A DNA stretch of 64,000 nucleotides from Anthoceros angustus (taxonomy: Eukaryota > Plantae > Anthocerotophyta), in contig MU008162.1 in NCBI GenBank assembly GCA_010909165.1, positions 930,001 to 994,000 of the forward strand, given 5' to 3'. Both the position numbers and the translations under genes were made by a program. Of this stretch, positions 11,401 through 25,155 are shown one piece after another. The stretch's first letter is position 1. Every line of letters starts with the position of its first letter. The notes beneath the pieces were generated by a model, which saw only the letters and a list, made by a program, of their open reading frames with translations, did no database searches and was not told the DNA's origin.

Positions 11401-14400
11401 GGCGCTCAAGCACCTTCTTAGATGCCCAAGGTGTTTGTCCTGCTCCCCATGCACACAAAATCATCCGGGAATATCTCCATGAAGTCCCTCGAAGTCACGG
11501 AAGGCGTTGGTCACCATACGCATGAGCGACCACAGGCGCTCGGTCATCCCAAAGGCACTTCTCTTGTAGGCAAGCGTACACTCCGTAGTGAAGGTCGTCT
11601 TGTCGGTCACTCCCTTAGGTGCAATTGGTTATATCCGGAGTAGCCATCCGAGGAAGGAGTAAGTAGTCCGTCCACCACCTTGTCCAAAATGTCGTCTCTG
11701 AATGGCATCGGAAGTGGTCCTTCTCGTTCTTGACGTTGAGCTTCCTCAATCTTGGCATACCGAATTTGTCTGGTTGTTTCTTGGGAACCACCACAATCGT
11801 AGCGACCCACTCGGCTGTGATGGGGAAAATGATGTCTGCCTCCGGTACTTATCAAGGACCTCCTTCACCTTGATCGAATACTTGGGGTTGAGCTTGTATT
11901 CGGATTCGGTGGCACGCTCACGGCTTCAAATCGATCTTATGCTCTCCACTTCTTGAATGCCCTTCATGTCCGTGACCTTGAAGGCGAACACCTCATAAAA
12001 CTCCCCGGTGCTTTAGTCCTTCCTTGGTCCAGGCATGCCTTTCTTAAACTTGAGAATTTGCTGGCGGACCTCCACTTCTTCCGTCGTCGGGTTCACCGTC
12101 TCCGTTCCGTCTTTGCCTCATGCGTCCAAACCCCTCGTCCTCCTCTCGGGATCGTCCTCTCGCATCCCCATTCTCGAAGAGCTCGTCGGAGGTGAATCGT
12201 GTTACTCCTTGATGTCCGCTTTTCCTTGGTCCGACTCTTGTTGTCTCCCCTTGTCTTTGGTCACCATGCATGAGCGACACAGGCGCTCGGTCATCCCAAA
12301 GGCACTTCTCTTGTAGGCAAGCGTACACTCCGTAGTGAAGGTCGTCTTGTCGGTCACTCCCTTAGGTGCAATTGGTTATATCCGGAGTAGCCATCCGAGG
12401 AAGGAGTAAGTAGTCCGTCCACCACCTTGTCCAAAATGTCGTCTCTGAATGGCATCGGAAGTGGTCCTTCTCGTTCTTGACGTTGAGCTTCCTCAATCTT
12501 GGCATACATTTGCTTTGTTGGGAACCACCACAATCGTAGCGACCCACTCGGCTGTGATGGGGAAAATGATGTCTGCCTCCGGTACTTATCAAGGACCTCC
12601 TTCACCTTGATCGAATACTTGGGGTTGAGCTTGTATTGTCGGATTGATTGGCACGCTCACGGCTTCGATCTTATGCTCTCCACTTCTTGAATGCCCTTCA
12701 TGTCGTGACCTTGGCGAACACCTCATAAAACTCCCGGGTTGCTTTAGTCCTTCCTTGGTCCGAGGCATGCCTTTCTTAAACTTGAGAATGGCGGACCTCC
12801 ACTTCTTCCACGTCGTCGGGTTCACCGTCTCCGTTCCGTCTTTGCCTCATTGCGTCCAAACCCCTCGTCCTCCTCTCGGGATCGTCCTCTCGCATCCCCA
12901 TTCTCTGAAGAGCTCGTCGGAGGTGAATCGTGTTACTCCTTGATGCTTTTCCTTGGTCCGACTCTTGTTGTCTCCCCTTGTCTTTGGTCCGACCTCCTCT
13001 TCACTTCCTTCCTCCGGCCCGTTGTGGCGTTTACTAAAACAATCAATCACTTCCGCCAAAGGCATCCATGGTCCATCTCCTCCTCGGACCGGCGGATCTT
13101 GGCGAAAGTCGCCTCCTCGGAACTATCTTGTTCGTCGATTGGAGTCCTCCGAGGTATACCCTTCGGTAGTGCTCACGGTTTCCCACAATAGGTGTCCTTG
13201 CTCCGGTGATAGCAACCCTCCCTTCTCGCACCTTAGGGTCCCGGTCCACCGGCTTGAAGTGAATCTCCTTCCTTCCAAAGTGTAGCTTAAGGCCAACCCA
13301 TGGCGACAACACCTCATACCCTAATGGTCCGGCGGTTTGATCACAACAAAATCCGGTTTGTAGGGTGCCGGCTATGGTGGCCAAGACTCGGTTAACTCCC
13401 CGCGGATCTCTTCTTGACATATACGCCATTCTCGAGTCTTCGTTGAGGTTGAAGGATGTGAAGCCCAATTTTTTCGTGGCTTGTGATGAGGTTGACTCGG
13501 ACCCGTGTCCAGCAGTACATCCTTGATGATACATCCAATCTCCACTTGTACCACTGGCCCCAGGTCGTATGGGACACCACCCTCACTTCCACTGTGCTAC
13601 CCTTCACGGCTTTGGTGCTCCATGTGGGTTTCCCTAACGGCCCGACGGACCTCTTGCCGGTATTTGGGTTATCCCTCGGTTGTCGAAAGGACACAAGGTC
13701 TTCGATTCATCATCGGTCGCCACATTAAAGGCGAGGCTTCTACCCCAATCGAGGATCCTGCTGCTGCGTCCTCATCCTCTCCCGGTTCACTTGTTACGGT
13801 ATTCTCCGGATGCTTGCGCATTTCCTCCTGCAACATCTCGGTCACCTCCGGACTCGTCCGTGGAAGCTAACGTCGCGGAGGCACCGTTCCCTTCTCCTGT
13901 CACATGTGGGAGAACTTCCTTGGGTAATCCCTCCGGCGGGCCCGTCAGCCCTCCTTCATCGGTCGGATCCTCTGCTGGTATTTGGGTTATCCCTCGGCGG
14001 TGTCGAAAGGACACAAGGTCTTCTGATTCATCATCGGTCCGCCACATTAAAGGCGAGGCTTCTACCCCAATCGAGGATCCTGCTGCTGCGTCCTCATCCT
14101 CTCCCGGTCACTTCGTGTTATTATTCTCCGGATGCTTGCGCATTTCCTCCCAACATCTCGGTCACCTCCGGACTCGTGGAAGCTAACGTCGCCGTCGCGG
14201 AGGCACCGTTCCCTTCTCCACATCTGTCGGAGAACTTCCTTGGGTAATCCCTCCCGTCAGCCCTCCTTCATCGGTCGGATCCTCTGCTGGTATTTCCGTT
14301 TGATTGCCTTCCTCGGCGTCGTGGCGCTTCCTCGATCTTGTTCTTCTTCAATGGCGCCTTTCGTCGCTCCTTCCTTGACTCTGAGTAGACACCTCAAGAT

Positions 14401-16830
14401 TTCCTCCCAACTCCCTTCCTTTCGACACCCCACCGTACCTTCTTGTTCTTTCCATCTCGCGTACCTCAGGAATCTCTTCCCTCCGCCCAGAGCATCTTGA
14501 CTTGCCGTGCAGTCACGGTCTTAGGAGGTGGCGTTGGTGGTCGGGGTTCTCCGCTTGGTGTGGCATATCGTACCGTCCTTGAGGTTGAAGGATGTGAAGC
14601 CCCAGTGCCGTGGCTTGATGATGAGGTTGACTCGGACCCGTGTCCAACGGTACATCCTTGATGATACATCCAATCTCCACTTGTACCACTGGCCCCAGGT
14701 CGTATGGGACACCACCCTCACTTCCTTTGCTACCCTTCCTGGCTTTGGTGCTCCGCCGAGGCTGGGTTTCCCTAACGGCCCGACGGACCTCTTGCCGGTA
14801 TTTCGGGTTATCCCTCAGCAGCTGTCGAAAGGACACAAGGTGCTGCTGATTCATCATCAGGTCCGCCACATTAAAGGGGGCAGAGGCTTCTACCCCCAAT
14901 CGAGGATCCTGCTGCTGCGTCCTCATCCTCTCCCCCGGGTCACTTCGTGTTCTGGTATTCTCCGGATGCTTGCGCATTTCCTCCTGCAACATCTCAGTCA
15001 CCTCCGGACTCGTGGAAAGCTAACGTCGCCGTCGCGGAGGCACCGTTCCCTTCTCCACATCTGTCGGAGAACTTCCTTGGGTAATCCCTCCCGTCAGCCC
15101 TCCTTCATCGGTCGGATCCTCTGCTGGTATTTCCGTTTGATTGCCTTCCTCGGCGTCCGTGGCGCTTCCTCCGATCTTGTTCTTCTTCAAGCTGGCGCCT
15201 TTCGTCGCTCCTTCCTTCGCCGACACCTCAAGATTTCCACTCCCGACTCCCTTCCTTTCGACCCCCACCGTACCTTCTTGTTCTTTCCATCTCGCTCACA
15301 GGAATCTCTTCCCACTCCATGAGCATCTTGACTTGCAGTACGGTCTTAGGAGGTGGCGTTGGTGGTCGGGGTTCTCCGCTTGGTGTGGCATATCGTACCG
15401 TCCTTGCGGGGTTGGGACATAGCGTCTTGCTGTCATATGCCCGGCCTTGCGATCCAGCCGAAGTCCCCATTACCACCTCGTTGAGTGCGGACACGCGTTG
15501 GAGTAATGGCGAGATTCGCGGTTCCAACGGACCACGTCGGAGGATACGAAGGGGCTCCCATGCGGTCTTTGCATCGGTGGGGCCCGTTGTATTGACGGAC
15601 CTCCGGTTGGCGGATACATGGTTTTGGGATATCGCGGCCCGGAGGGGCTTCACATGCACGATAGGCCTCTTCCCATTGCTCCTCGGCCTCCTCCTCGTAT
15701 TCGTAGTCCACTTGATGCCGGCCTTGAGGCGGTTGGACTTCGAATGTGTTCTTGGCACACGGCACACGAGATGCGTTCGCCGTGGTCGGTGTTTTCCGCG
15801 CTCGGTCCTTAACACAGTTTATCGCGGTCCTCTACTCTCTTTATCACTTTTCCGGTCCTCCGGACTGCTACCTCCTTTGAGGAGTCGGGTCGGTGGAGCT
15901 TCTCGGACGGTCTTGGTGTCACCACCTCCTTCTTACCACCTTCTTTTTAGCGGGCCTTCTTGCTCTTCTTCTTGCGGGATACTCTTCCTCGCTAGAGACC
16001 TCCGTCTCTTCTTGGACGTTGCTCCTCCTCGAAGACACCTCATTGGTCTTCCTCCTCCTCGAAGACTCTTCCTCCTCAGTCCGAACCCCGTTTCTTCTTC
16101 TTCTTCTTGCCTCCTTGGCGGTTCTTTATCCTCGATGTAGCGATTCCTCGTAGTTTTCGGCCGCTCGACCGCCTTGCCCACGTCCTTCTCGGCGGCGGGG
16201 CGTGCACAGCCATGGGTTTGGCTAGACCGGCGCGAACCACCGTCGCTTGCATCGTGGTATGGGTTGGATGCCGATCCTCGGGCATAGAACCGCTCGATGT
16301 CTGAGCCCGGCTTCTCCTTCTTCCTCGCCATTTTCCAACTTTGATAATACATACCCCTCACGGTGATCCTCGAAACCGTTCTAAGAAGGCATTTTCAAAG
16401 CTTCAAGCGAGGCGGGTGGGGCATTCTCCGGTGGTCGGTACTTTCTCCGATACCATTGGTGTCCTCGGAGAACCCCTTGGAAAATTTGGATGAGGTGCGT
16501 CGACTCCCTCTCCGTTGAAGTTGGCTTTGGACACGAAGTCCTCCACAAAGGTCTCGCATCCGCTCCTTCTTCCCTCCGAATATGGAGTCGCTTGTTTGGT
16601 CGGTAGGGGCCATGGCTGCGCCATCGATGGGTTAGGCGTGGGTGTCCTACCTTCTTCCGTTGGCGTCCCTGTACCCGTACTCGTCTTGGTCCGACAATTC
16701 GACCACGTTCTCCTCCTCGATCGGCGGTGCTCTCGTTGGGTTTGGCGTCTCTCTCTCCACGGCTCGGAGAGCAGCGAGTGACCACGTCCGATCCTCTGAC
16801 GGTTCACTCTTGGCCGTCGCTCGACCGCCA
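8454..16830 (-). pseudogene. gag-pol of the Gypsy element, frameshifted, with duplicated segments
   Basis: Protease IIKDVLLDTG (~13510); RT IVVVPKKP, KLN..KDHF, MPFRDDILDKV, DGYSGYNQ (10500-12600); RNase H VYVDVSAFAIGVV (~10060); integrase QKWGIDFVGPIP, LVSDRGTHFLN; Athila-type end VNG..KKYHA* at ~8454. Confidence 0.85.
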
Positions 16831-16887
16831 CGCATTCACTTACCTTCTCTTCCTAAGGGCGCGCTGCGGCACCAGACCGATTTCATT

Positions 16888-16903
16888 CCCGGCAGCGGCG
16901 CCA
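16888..16903 (-). promoter_or_regulatory. Primer-binding site, tRNA-Asp type
   Basis: TGGCGCCGCTGCCGGG 3 nt after the 5' LTR end; near-match to the Athila PBS TGGCGCCGTTGCCGGG. Confidence 0.8.
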
Positions 16904-16906
16904 AAA

Positions 16907-19900
16907 TGTGGCGGACTTTGCGATGGCCGCGGTATCCGCGTGTCGTTGTAGGAAGAAGTCCGTTCCCAAGGGAATGATAGGCCCGTTCTGCGTTTGGTGA
17001 TTCTTACCGTCCTTAGCGCTCGTTCGGTCTCGGCACACACACATACTCTAACTACTCTGGCGTTCACCGTCTGGGCCGGTATGGCCAAGCGTTTAGGACC
17101 CGTTCGCGTCCGTATCGTTCACATACATCCTCACGCATCGGTCCTTTCCTCTCTCCTCTCACGCTACACTCTTGATCTTAGAAAAGGCGCGGTTCTGTGA
17201 TCCGGACCTCCTCCGTCGTTCGCGGGCCTCTCGTCCGGGCTCTACACCCTCCGGAGTTCCTCCGGCTCCACGTTCAGTCCGTTCGGTGTCGGACGCGGCT
17301 CGGACGAGCACGGATCACGGTCACCCTTCCACACACACCACAGCGCGTTAAGTCCGTCACGGGACCTTGATCAATCTCCCGGGCGTCGTGCACCTTTCGG
17401 TGACTCGGGACTCACGTTAGCAAGAAGACTCACAAAGGTGCAGCGGCATCAACACCAAGAAAGATGCTTTACTAGGCGGCCTCGGCCCTCTTATCTGCGC
17501 CCAAGGTGGCGTCTTTATTACACCCCTATTACGGTGATAGCCAGCTCGGTATACCCTAATCGGCCGCCTACCACCTATCCCCCTATCTCCTTCGGGGGAA
17601 GGTCACAGGCCCGCCTCGGAATGGGTGGTCAATCCCCGTCACAGCGGTTGTGGTGCACCCAATCGGATGATCCGTGAGGCGGGCCCTCCTCTCCCGGAAT
17701 CACAGCCGGGTTGGGCTCTGGCGGTCGACAGCCGCCGTTACCACGGCGTCATCCTCCACAGCCTCCACAGGTCCTTGGCCGGTGGGGCCACCTCTCGGCT
17801 CCCCTAAGCGTAAGTCGAAGGGGCTCCTCCTTCTTGCCCTTGACCCGGTCCTCGAGGTCTGTCTCGACTCACGAACTTGAGTCGGACTTGAGTCGGACTC
17901 ACGCCCACCCGGTTTCCTCCCTCACGGACTCCTCAGTCCGGACCTCGGTTATTCAGGTCCGGACTTGGTCGGACTTGAGGTCCGGACTTGTCCGGCCTCC
18001 CTCCGGGTCCGGACAAAGTCCGGACTCACGCCCACCGGGTTTCCTCCCTCACGGGACTCCTCAGTGGCTCTCCCTCAGTCCTCAGCTGTTCCCGATCGCC
18101 CGGTGACTCCGTTGGCCCCTCCTTCCATGGTGAGGTCGGGGTGCTTACCTCGATCGCATCCGCGCTCCTCGTTCGCTCCTCGGTTGCTCCTCTCCGCTCC
18201 GTCATCTCAAGCAGGGGCCACTAGGGTCCCTGTCTTTGTCCCGTGGCCTTCATCTCCTTGAGCCTTCCGGTCCGTCCCGTGCGGTGAGTCGAGGCTTCTC
18301 GCCGGGGCTCGGTGGTAATAGGCAAAGTCGATCGACTTGTTGGTGCCTCTTCCACGTGTGCGGGCACCGATACTCCCTCGCCATAAGTGTTAGGGATGGG
18401 CGTCTTTGCCGGCTTGTTGGGCCACCTCTCCTGCCCGGTTGTGGTGGCAGGGGCGTATCACGAGGCTACAAGGCGGCCTCGGTCACCTCCTGCGGCATTT
18501 GTTGCTCACTGCTCGCTCCGGCTCCGTCGTTTCCATTGACTTACCGCCATAGCGCGGCGTTCCCGCCTTTCTCGGTGGACGGCGGCTTCTTTTACGCTTC
18601 CGGTGCTCGCGCTCCGTTCATTACGGCCTTTAGCTCTCCGGCTCCTCTCCAGTGATCGGATACCTCCGTCCTCGGACTTCCTCCGGCTCATACATGGCAC
18701 AGCAGCGTCCAACTCCTTGGATAGTCGCGATTTTCCTCCGTCTTGAGACGGAGCACTCTTTCGTGCTCGAGTCGTGGATTCTCTCGTTGAGAATCACTGC
18801 TGCTCAAGCGCATCTTGGGTTGTAGCTCCAGTGTGTCCTTCTTGTCCTCCATCTGCTGCCTCCTTCTACCTCCTGTGTACTCGGAGATCTCTATCTCCCG
18901 TGCGGCCCTTGCCACTCCATAGCCTTTGTCGGCCTTGAGTTAGCCTCGGTACTGCTTGTCTCTCCCCGGTTCCGATCACGTCTGTAGTGATCCGGTCGCT
19001 CTTGCCGACTTGAGCTCCTTCGCCGCCTTTACAGGCCTCGCCCATTGGCTTGCTCTGGGCCGCCTCCGGGTCCGAGCTCTCTGCTTGTGCCGGGCCTCTT
19101 ATCTCTGCGCTTCCCTCTTCGCTGCAAGGTCCTCCGCCCGCGCTTGGCCTCCCAGGCTTGCTTTGTCGCCGGTGAAGAACCTTGATCTGTGAGCCCGGGC
19201 CTCGCGCTCCGCCGGCGTTTCCCTTCCTCGATCGGCGAGGGACTCCGCCTTTCCTTTGCCCTCGGCCGCCTTCACTTGCTCTTGGGTTCCACCATCCTCC
19301 TCGGGTGGCCTCCACTTCAGGTCTTCTCTGTACCACGAGACCCCAAAGCATTCCGTCCATGGCGGTGGCAGGACTTCGCCGTGTTTCTTCCACGGCCACA
19401 GTGAGGCCCCCACAAAGTCCGTAGTGGGGCCGGCATTTCTCGATCCGCCAAGGACCTCCATACCGATCGATGTCGGGGTGGGTTCTCGGACCTAATCGGG
19501 ACCCTCGGGTCACAGTGGTGGTCGAGTCTCACCCTCTTGGCCCTCTTGGCCTCTAACTCCTTTGTGCCCTCTTTCTCCAGGCTCGGAGGAGGTGAGGGGT
19601 CGGGAGCAAGCTCTTTTGCCCCTTCACAGCCGGGGGCAGGGGCCGGCTCGAGGTGGGGCTGCGCGGTGACCTCCTGCTCCTTGGGCCACGTCCCTTTACG
19701 CCCTCCTTACGCCTCTTGACCTCTTGCCACTCCGTGGGCGGGGTAAGTCGGTGGGTTCTCGGACCTAATCGGGACCCTCGGGTCACAGTGGTGGTCCGAG
19801 TCTCACCCTCTTGGCCCTCTTGGCCTCTAACTCCTTTGTGCCCTCTTTCTCCAGGCTCGGAGGAGGTGAGGGGTCGGGAGCAAGCTCTTTTGCCCCTTCA

Positions 19901-21608
19901 CAGCCGGGGGCAGGGGCCGGCTCGAGGTGGGGCTGCCCGGTGACCTCCAGCTCCTTGGGCCACGTCCCTTCGCCTCCTTACGCCTCTTGACCTCTTGCCA
20001 CTCAGGTGGGCGGGGTAAGTCCGGCACCTTAGGTCTTTGCGTTGGTAAGCGGCACCGTCTTCCGCCTCTTGGCTCCGTTGAGTTCGTCGGGGCTCGGCGG
20101 TGTCGTGGTTGTTATTGGCTTGTTGCATCGGTCGGGCCATAGCGCCCTCGGCATCGGCTCCCTCTGTCTGCTCGGAGGGCACCAAAAGGAGGAAGGGAAT
20201 CGCCTCCCAAACTTCCACAGGTGGTGAGGGGTTCGCTCAGACGTATGGAGTCAGGAATCCTCGATCGTCCTCCTCCGAGTCCTTGGTCTTGAAGGGCGAC
20301 CCCCACCTCAGGCGCCCTTGCACGCTCTGCCAGCGGGGCCTCCGGCCCCGGGCGCCGCTCAAGCTCTCCCTCCTTGAGGGCTCGAAATGTCCCCATACAT
20401 GAATCGGTATGGGGTCGATCGATAAGCGAGGCTTCTCGCTCCTTAGCTTCGTGCCTCTGGAACAGGCGAAGATAATCCTTCCCAGTCGCTCTCTTCCCAT
20501 TGGGCGCATGCGAGAATACCAGCAGGTTATCACCAAGGTGATCCACCTTGGTGGCGAGTTCAATGGACAATGATCCGGGCTACCGCCCCTTTCATCCGGG
20601 ATCGGATATCAACCATCCGTTGGTTGTCGCTGCGTTCGAGCCTCGCCGCCGCGTGGGCCCTATCTTCCCCGCCTTAAGGGCTCGGCACCACGCCCCTTCT
20701 TCCTCCTTGGGCGGTTGTAGGCCATCCTCGGGACCTCAAGGTCCATCGCCTCGAGTCCTCCGGAGGTTCTTGGATCGGACCTCCTTGTTGATCGCCGCCA
20801 TCTTCGGGCAAACTCCGGACTAGAGTAGCGTTGTCAAAGGTCCAGACCATTTGGAACACGTCCGGATGCCACTCTGCACCAATTCCTGCTTCCTCCGGCC
20901 GGGGCCCGAAGTCCGGATAGCGCGGGTCACAATGTTGCGCTCCACGGTCCATGGCTCCCAGACTTCCGTCGGCTTTTGGGTGCCATTGCTTTCTCCTCTT
21001 ATTCTTTGTATGCTGGCGAGTCGGCACGATGTTCCTCCCGCGCGTTCGTTGCTCCAACCTTGAGTGCGCCACGCTCTAAGGGCGCCCAAAAGCGGCGGAT
21101 TGCGGGCGCAAGGGCGAGGATTATGGGCTGCGGTCCTCCCCTTGGCGCTTGTGGAAATGCTTCTGGGCGGAAGGCGCCTCTTCGTTGTCAGCGCGAGTGC
21201 ATGGCTTACTCGACCCTACGCTTACTGCGGCCTTGGCGCGCGCGCGGGCGTGAATACTGCCTGCGGCCTGCAGCAAGGTTCAGTCTGGCCTCTGCATGCC
21301 CGACCTCCACTCGGGGCCGTCCACGTGGCGCCGCCTCGTCATCCTCACGCCTCGCTCCCGGTTACTTTCACTGGCGTACTTATCCTATTTTGACAGGTGG
21401 GTTCGGACTTATCCGTTACTCGGCGTAGTCCGGAGCTTGCCATAGTGGTGCGGGGTCCGTTGTTCACTCCAGTCGGAGTATACTCGAGCCTCGTCCGGAG
21501 CGCTACCCCAATTTATTCCTCCTTTTCCGCCTTATTTATCCTTTAATCCTAAAAAAAAACAGAAACCCTACTTATTTCCTAACTCCCCAGGGAAGTGCAT
21601 AGCCCACA
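16907..21608 (-). repeat. 5' LTR (~4.7 kb; internal ~265-bp duplication near 19480-20020)
   Basis: Starts tgtggcgg at 16907, ends agcccaca at 21608; homologous to 2713-8419. Confidence 0.85.
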
Positions 21609-24382
21609 CTCGCGCAAGACTTTCGAGATGAAGCAGCTTGGACTTTGTTCCTTTTTCTTCCCCGGTGGTGTCTCCGTCGCTCTAGAGGTGGGAGTTTAGG
21701 TCACAGGGAGGTTGCCTCCCGGCTCCGCCATTTCCCGGCCGAGGACTGGCAAGCTCTTCAGGAAGAGGGGGGTTGTGCTTCTCGATCGAGGTTGAAGTCC
21801 GCTAAGGTTGATTAGGTTTGTTAAGACTCCATGAAAGTGTGTCTCAAAAGGTGTCTCCTGCTTGGTCACGCAGGCAAGTATGCTAGGAGACTATTACTGC
21901 TCTTAGGGCCATTCACCTGACTCCAGATGTCCCTATCCCACCAGATATCTTGGAGTTTGTGGCTGAGGAGCCCTTCTGGTCGTGCTCTAACTACCGCCTC
22001 GCAGCTCTCTTCTAGAGGTCTTTTTAAAATAGTCTATGATTACCTTCGTGACTACTTCTCTCATGAGGATCCCTCTAGTGGTTTTTCAGAGCTCTTTATT
22101 ATGGCGGCAGTTGTTGGCGGAGAGCCCGGTTTCACAGTGTTGGGGGCGGCGGGCTTTTGGCGTGGAGAAGCCCACACGAGTGCGCCTATCGTGGGAGGCT
22201 TCCTGCGTCTTATTAGCCGCAGCATTGCCCTCCAGCTCAGGGAGCAATTTCGAGCTCATCTTAGCCCCCATCAATTTGGCATCGCTACTCCGGGGGGCTG
22301 CGAGACGGTGAGTTTTGGAGTCGAGGCGGTTCTCCAGCTACATCCATATTGGGTTGCCCTTCAGGTCGATGTTGAGAATGCTTTTAGCACTATATCTAGG
22401 GCGGCCATCTTCCAGGAACTTAAAGATGCGGGTGGGCTACTGGCAAGTCTTATTCCTTTTGTTCGGTCTTTCTATGGTTTCTCGTCTAACCTATATTGTC
22501 AGCAGACTGTGCTTTACTCCGCAACGGGAACCAGGTAGGGGGATCCCTTGGGGGGAGCTCTCTTTGCTATGGCACATTTCAGGGCCTTGTCAATAAATGC
22601 CTCCTCGGTGTGGGAGTGCCTCTTTCCGTCGATGGCCGACGACACCTACATCCTTGGGCCGGTGGATAAAGTCAAAGATGCTTTCGACCTCTTCTCCTTA
22701 AAGCTCTCTCACCTTGGCTTGAAGGTCAAGATCTTGAAGTGCAAGGTTTAGTCCTGTCCAGTTTTACACCCCCTCTTCATTATCCCGAGGGGGATATTGA
22801 TTCTCCACAAGGGCTGCGGGTCCTTGGAGTCCCAATCGGGCCCTCGGGCTTTATACGGGAATTTGTAAATGATGCTTTAAAAGAGGATCTTGCACATATC
22901 AACGACCTCTCTAGGTTGGGCGACCTGCAAGTGGCCTTCGGCATCCTCTCTTCTTGCTTCGCGCGCGGCCCTAGGTATCTCATTTGCACTGTCCCCCCCT
23001 CTTTAGTTTTTCTTTCTCAACTTGGAGATTTCGACAAGTAGGTTATGCAATCTCTGGGAGACATTATCGGCCCAGGTTCCTTCGAATGTGCGGCCGGGGA
23101 CTTGGCTGGTGACAGGCGTTCCTCCCTGTTGCTTTTGGGGGCGCAGGTCTTTTGGCCATGGAGGCCTCGGCACTAGCAATTTTTCTAGGAAGCTAGGCCC
23201 TCTCGACCCCAATTTTGGCCTCTCGCTTCCTTATTCGAGATAGCATCATTTTGGAGAATTTCGTCGCACGAGTTGAGGAGGGGGGCTTCCCCCTCCAAGT
23301 CTTCCTAAGGTTGGCTAGGCACCTGTTACCCCCTCTAGCCAGGGAGGCCATGCCTTCTTTTTCTTCGTTTCTCGCAGACGGGTTTCGGGAGTTGCAGGCT
23401 TCTCTCCAGGAGAAGCATAATGGGTAGATGCTGTAGGGTCTTCTTTTGGATTCTTCTATTCATCGTCCCACTAGAGCTCGCCTTTGCTCTTGCTCCGAGA
23501 AGTATGCAGGTTCCTGGCTTCTGGCCTGCCCTTGCATCCAGGCGTTCCGAATCACACTAGCTTCTTTTTCTACCGCGATTAGGTTTCGCCTAGGTCTGGT
23601 CCAACCACTAGCCTGCTCTCTTCCGATTTGCTGCTGTGGGGCCTCCATCGATGACCTTGGGGCCCACTTAGCGCATTGTCCAATGGGTGGATAACGTATT
23701 GCTGCACACGACGCTGTTGGAGACGTCATGTTCTCGATAGCCAAGGAGAGCGGTTTCTTCCCTTTCAAGGAGCGGCAGTATATATCAAAGCTGACCTTTT
23801 CTTAATGTGGGCGGACGTGGTTGTCACTGACCCAACTAGAGATTTTGTTAGCGACCATGTCATCATCAACCCTCCAGGTGGGGCGGCGGAAGGGAGCGCA
23901 ACTAAAAAAATTTACAAGTATAGGCCCATGCATCAAGGTCACATTTTCATCCCCCATGTCATTAACTCCCATGGGGCCTTGGGTAAGATTTTTTCTTGTT
24001 TTATCAAGGAATGCGCAAGGGCCTACTGTAACGACAGAGGCGGGGTTGGCCTCCCCCTTTCCAATGTCGTGACATATTTCAGGCAACGGGTTTCCATCGC
24101 CCTGCAAAGGGCGTTGCCCCGCGCCATCTTTAGGATGATCACGAGTGCTGGAGACGCGGCATCGGCGGCTCCAGTGGTAAGTAGGCCCTTCCCTATCTCG
24201 GACGACGACATCTTGGGGGTGGTTGGGGGTTATAGGGTAGATTAGTGCAGGGGCAGCCCCCCCCTTCCTAGCGTGGTGCTCCATCAGGGATTTTTCCCTT
24301 TCGCCTCGGGGTAGATGGGATTTCCCATCTCGTTCTTTTCATAAAGTCTTCACATACACATATAATGTAGGTAGGCCAATGG

Positions 24383-25155
24383 AGACTTTATTAAAAAGAA
24401 GAAATGAGAAAACCCATCTACCCCGAACCGAGGGGGACAACCCACTAAAGGGCCAAGAGCCAGGGGGGCTAGCCCCCACGAATGCCAACCCCGAAGCTAC
24501 CTACCACCCCGATTATGTCATGGTTCGAGACGAGGAAAGGCCTACCTACAGCAGGTGTCGATGATGCCACGTCTCCTACGCTTGTTGGCATCTTATAAAT
24601 AGCGTTGGCCAGCGCCCTCTGCAAGGTCATGGATACCCGCTATCGAAAGAAAGCCACCACCGAGGAAAAAGGGACCCACCTCGTTCCGACGACTGTGGTA
24701 GGCTTTCACACAATCCTTAATGAGCAGGAAAAGGGACCCACCTCGTTCCGACGACTGTGGTAGGCTTTCACACAATCCTTAATGAGCCAGGAAAAATGCT
24801 TGCCCATGGCCTCGTGAGTTTCAATGGCGAGGGGGATGAAGGCGTGGCCATCCTGCGAAGGTGTGTACTTGTGTACCTTGGCAATCGCGCATCCCTCCGC
24901 TGCCTAGCGTGGAGGGTTGATATTGACATGCTCACAACGGAGTTTTGGGTAGGGTCCATTACGACGACGTCCGCAACAGAGATTTGGTCCCCCCGGATCA
25001 GAAATAGATCCGCCCTGCCCGACACCCCATTGTGCAGGGTATATGGACGCTCCCTATACGGAAAATAACCGCTCTCCTTGGCCATCGAGAACATGACATC
25101 GCGAACGGCGTCATGCATAGCAATACGTTGCCCTCCAATTGGAGGGCGAGCCAGG
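24383..25155 (-). mobile_element. Second, 5'-truncated CRE-clade copy (RLE region plus 3' UTR), tail-to-tail with the first
   Basis: GGQRIAMHDAVRDVMFSMAKESGYFPYRE...GRADLFLIRGDQISVADVVVMDPT parallels 23690-23840; both 3' ends share CGGGGTAGATGGG...ATAAAGTCT; internal ~60-bp duplication 24667-24787. Confidence 0.8.

Larger units (their letters stand above)
2713..21608 (-). mobile_element. Full-length Ty3/Gypsy LTR retrotransposon, non-chromovirus Athila-like, ~18.9 kb
   Basis: Two long direct repeats with TGTGG...CCACA-type ends (left end degenerate); PBS; PPT; gag-PR-RT-RH-IN order; CTCG flanks both ends (2709-2712, 21609-21612) as probable TSD. Confidence 0.9.
2374..24349 (+). mobile_element. 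Degenerate CRE/SLACS-clade non-LTR retrotransposon, split by the Gypsy insertion (5' part 2374-2712, 3' part 21609-24349)
   Basis: 5' zinc-finger-like HCPVS...RHMGMMH. Removing the insert gives LPLEHL|AQDFRDEAAWTLFLFLPRWCLRRSRGG. RT motifs QFGIATPGGCE, LQVDVENAFSTISR, TGTR*GDPLGGALF, SMADDTYILG. C-terminal CCCG...GAHLAHC knuckle and RLE-type ADL...DVVVTDPT...KIYKY...FIPHVINSHGALG. Many stops and frameshifts. Confidence 0.8.

Noticed and set aside
2896-21428. Many plus-strand ORFs within the Gypsy element
   Set aside because: Antisense to gag-pol and the LTR ORF, Ser/Leu/Pro-rich, no recognisable motifs.
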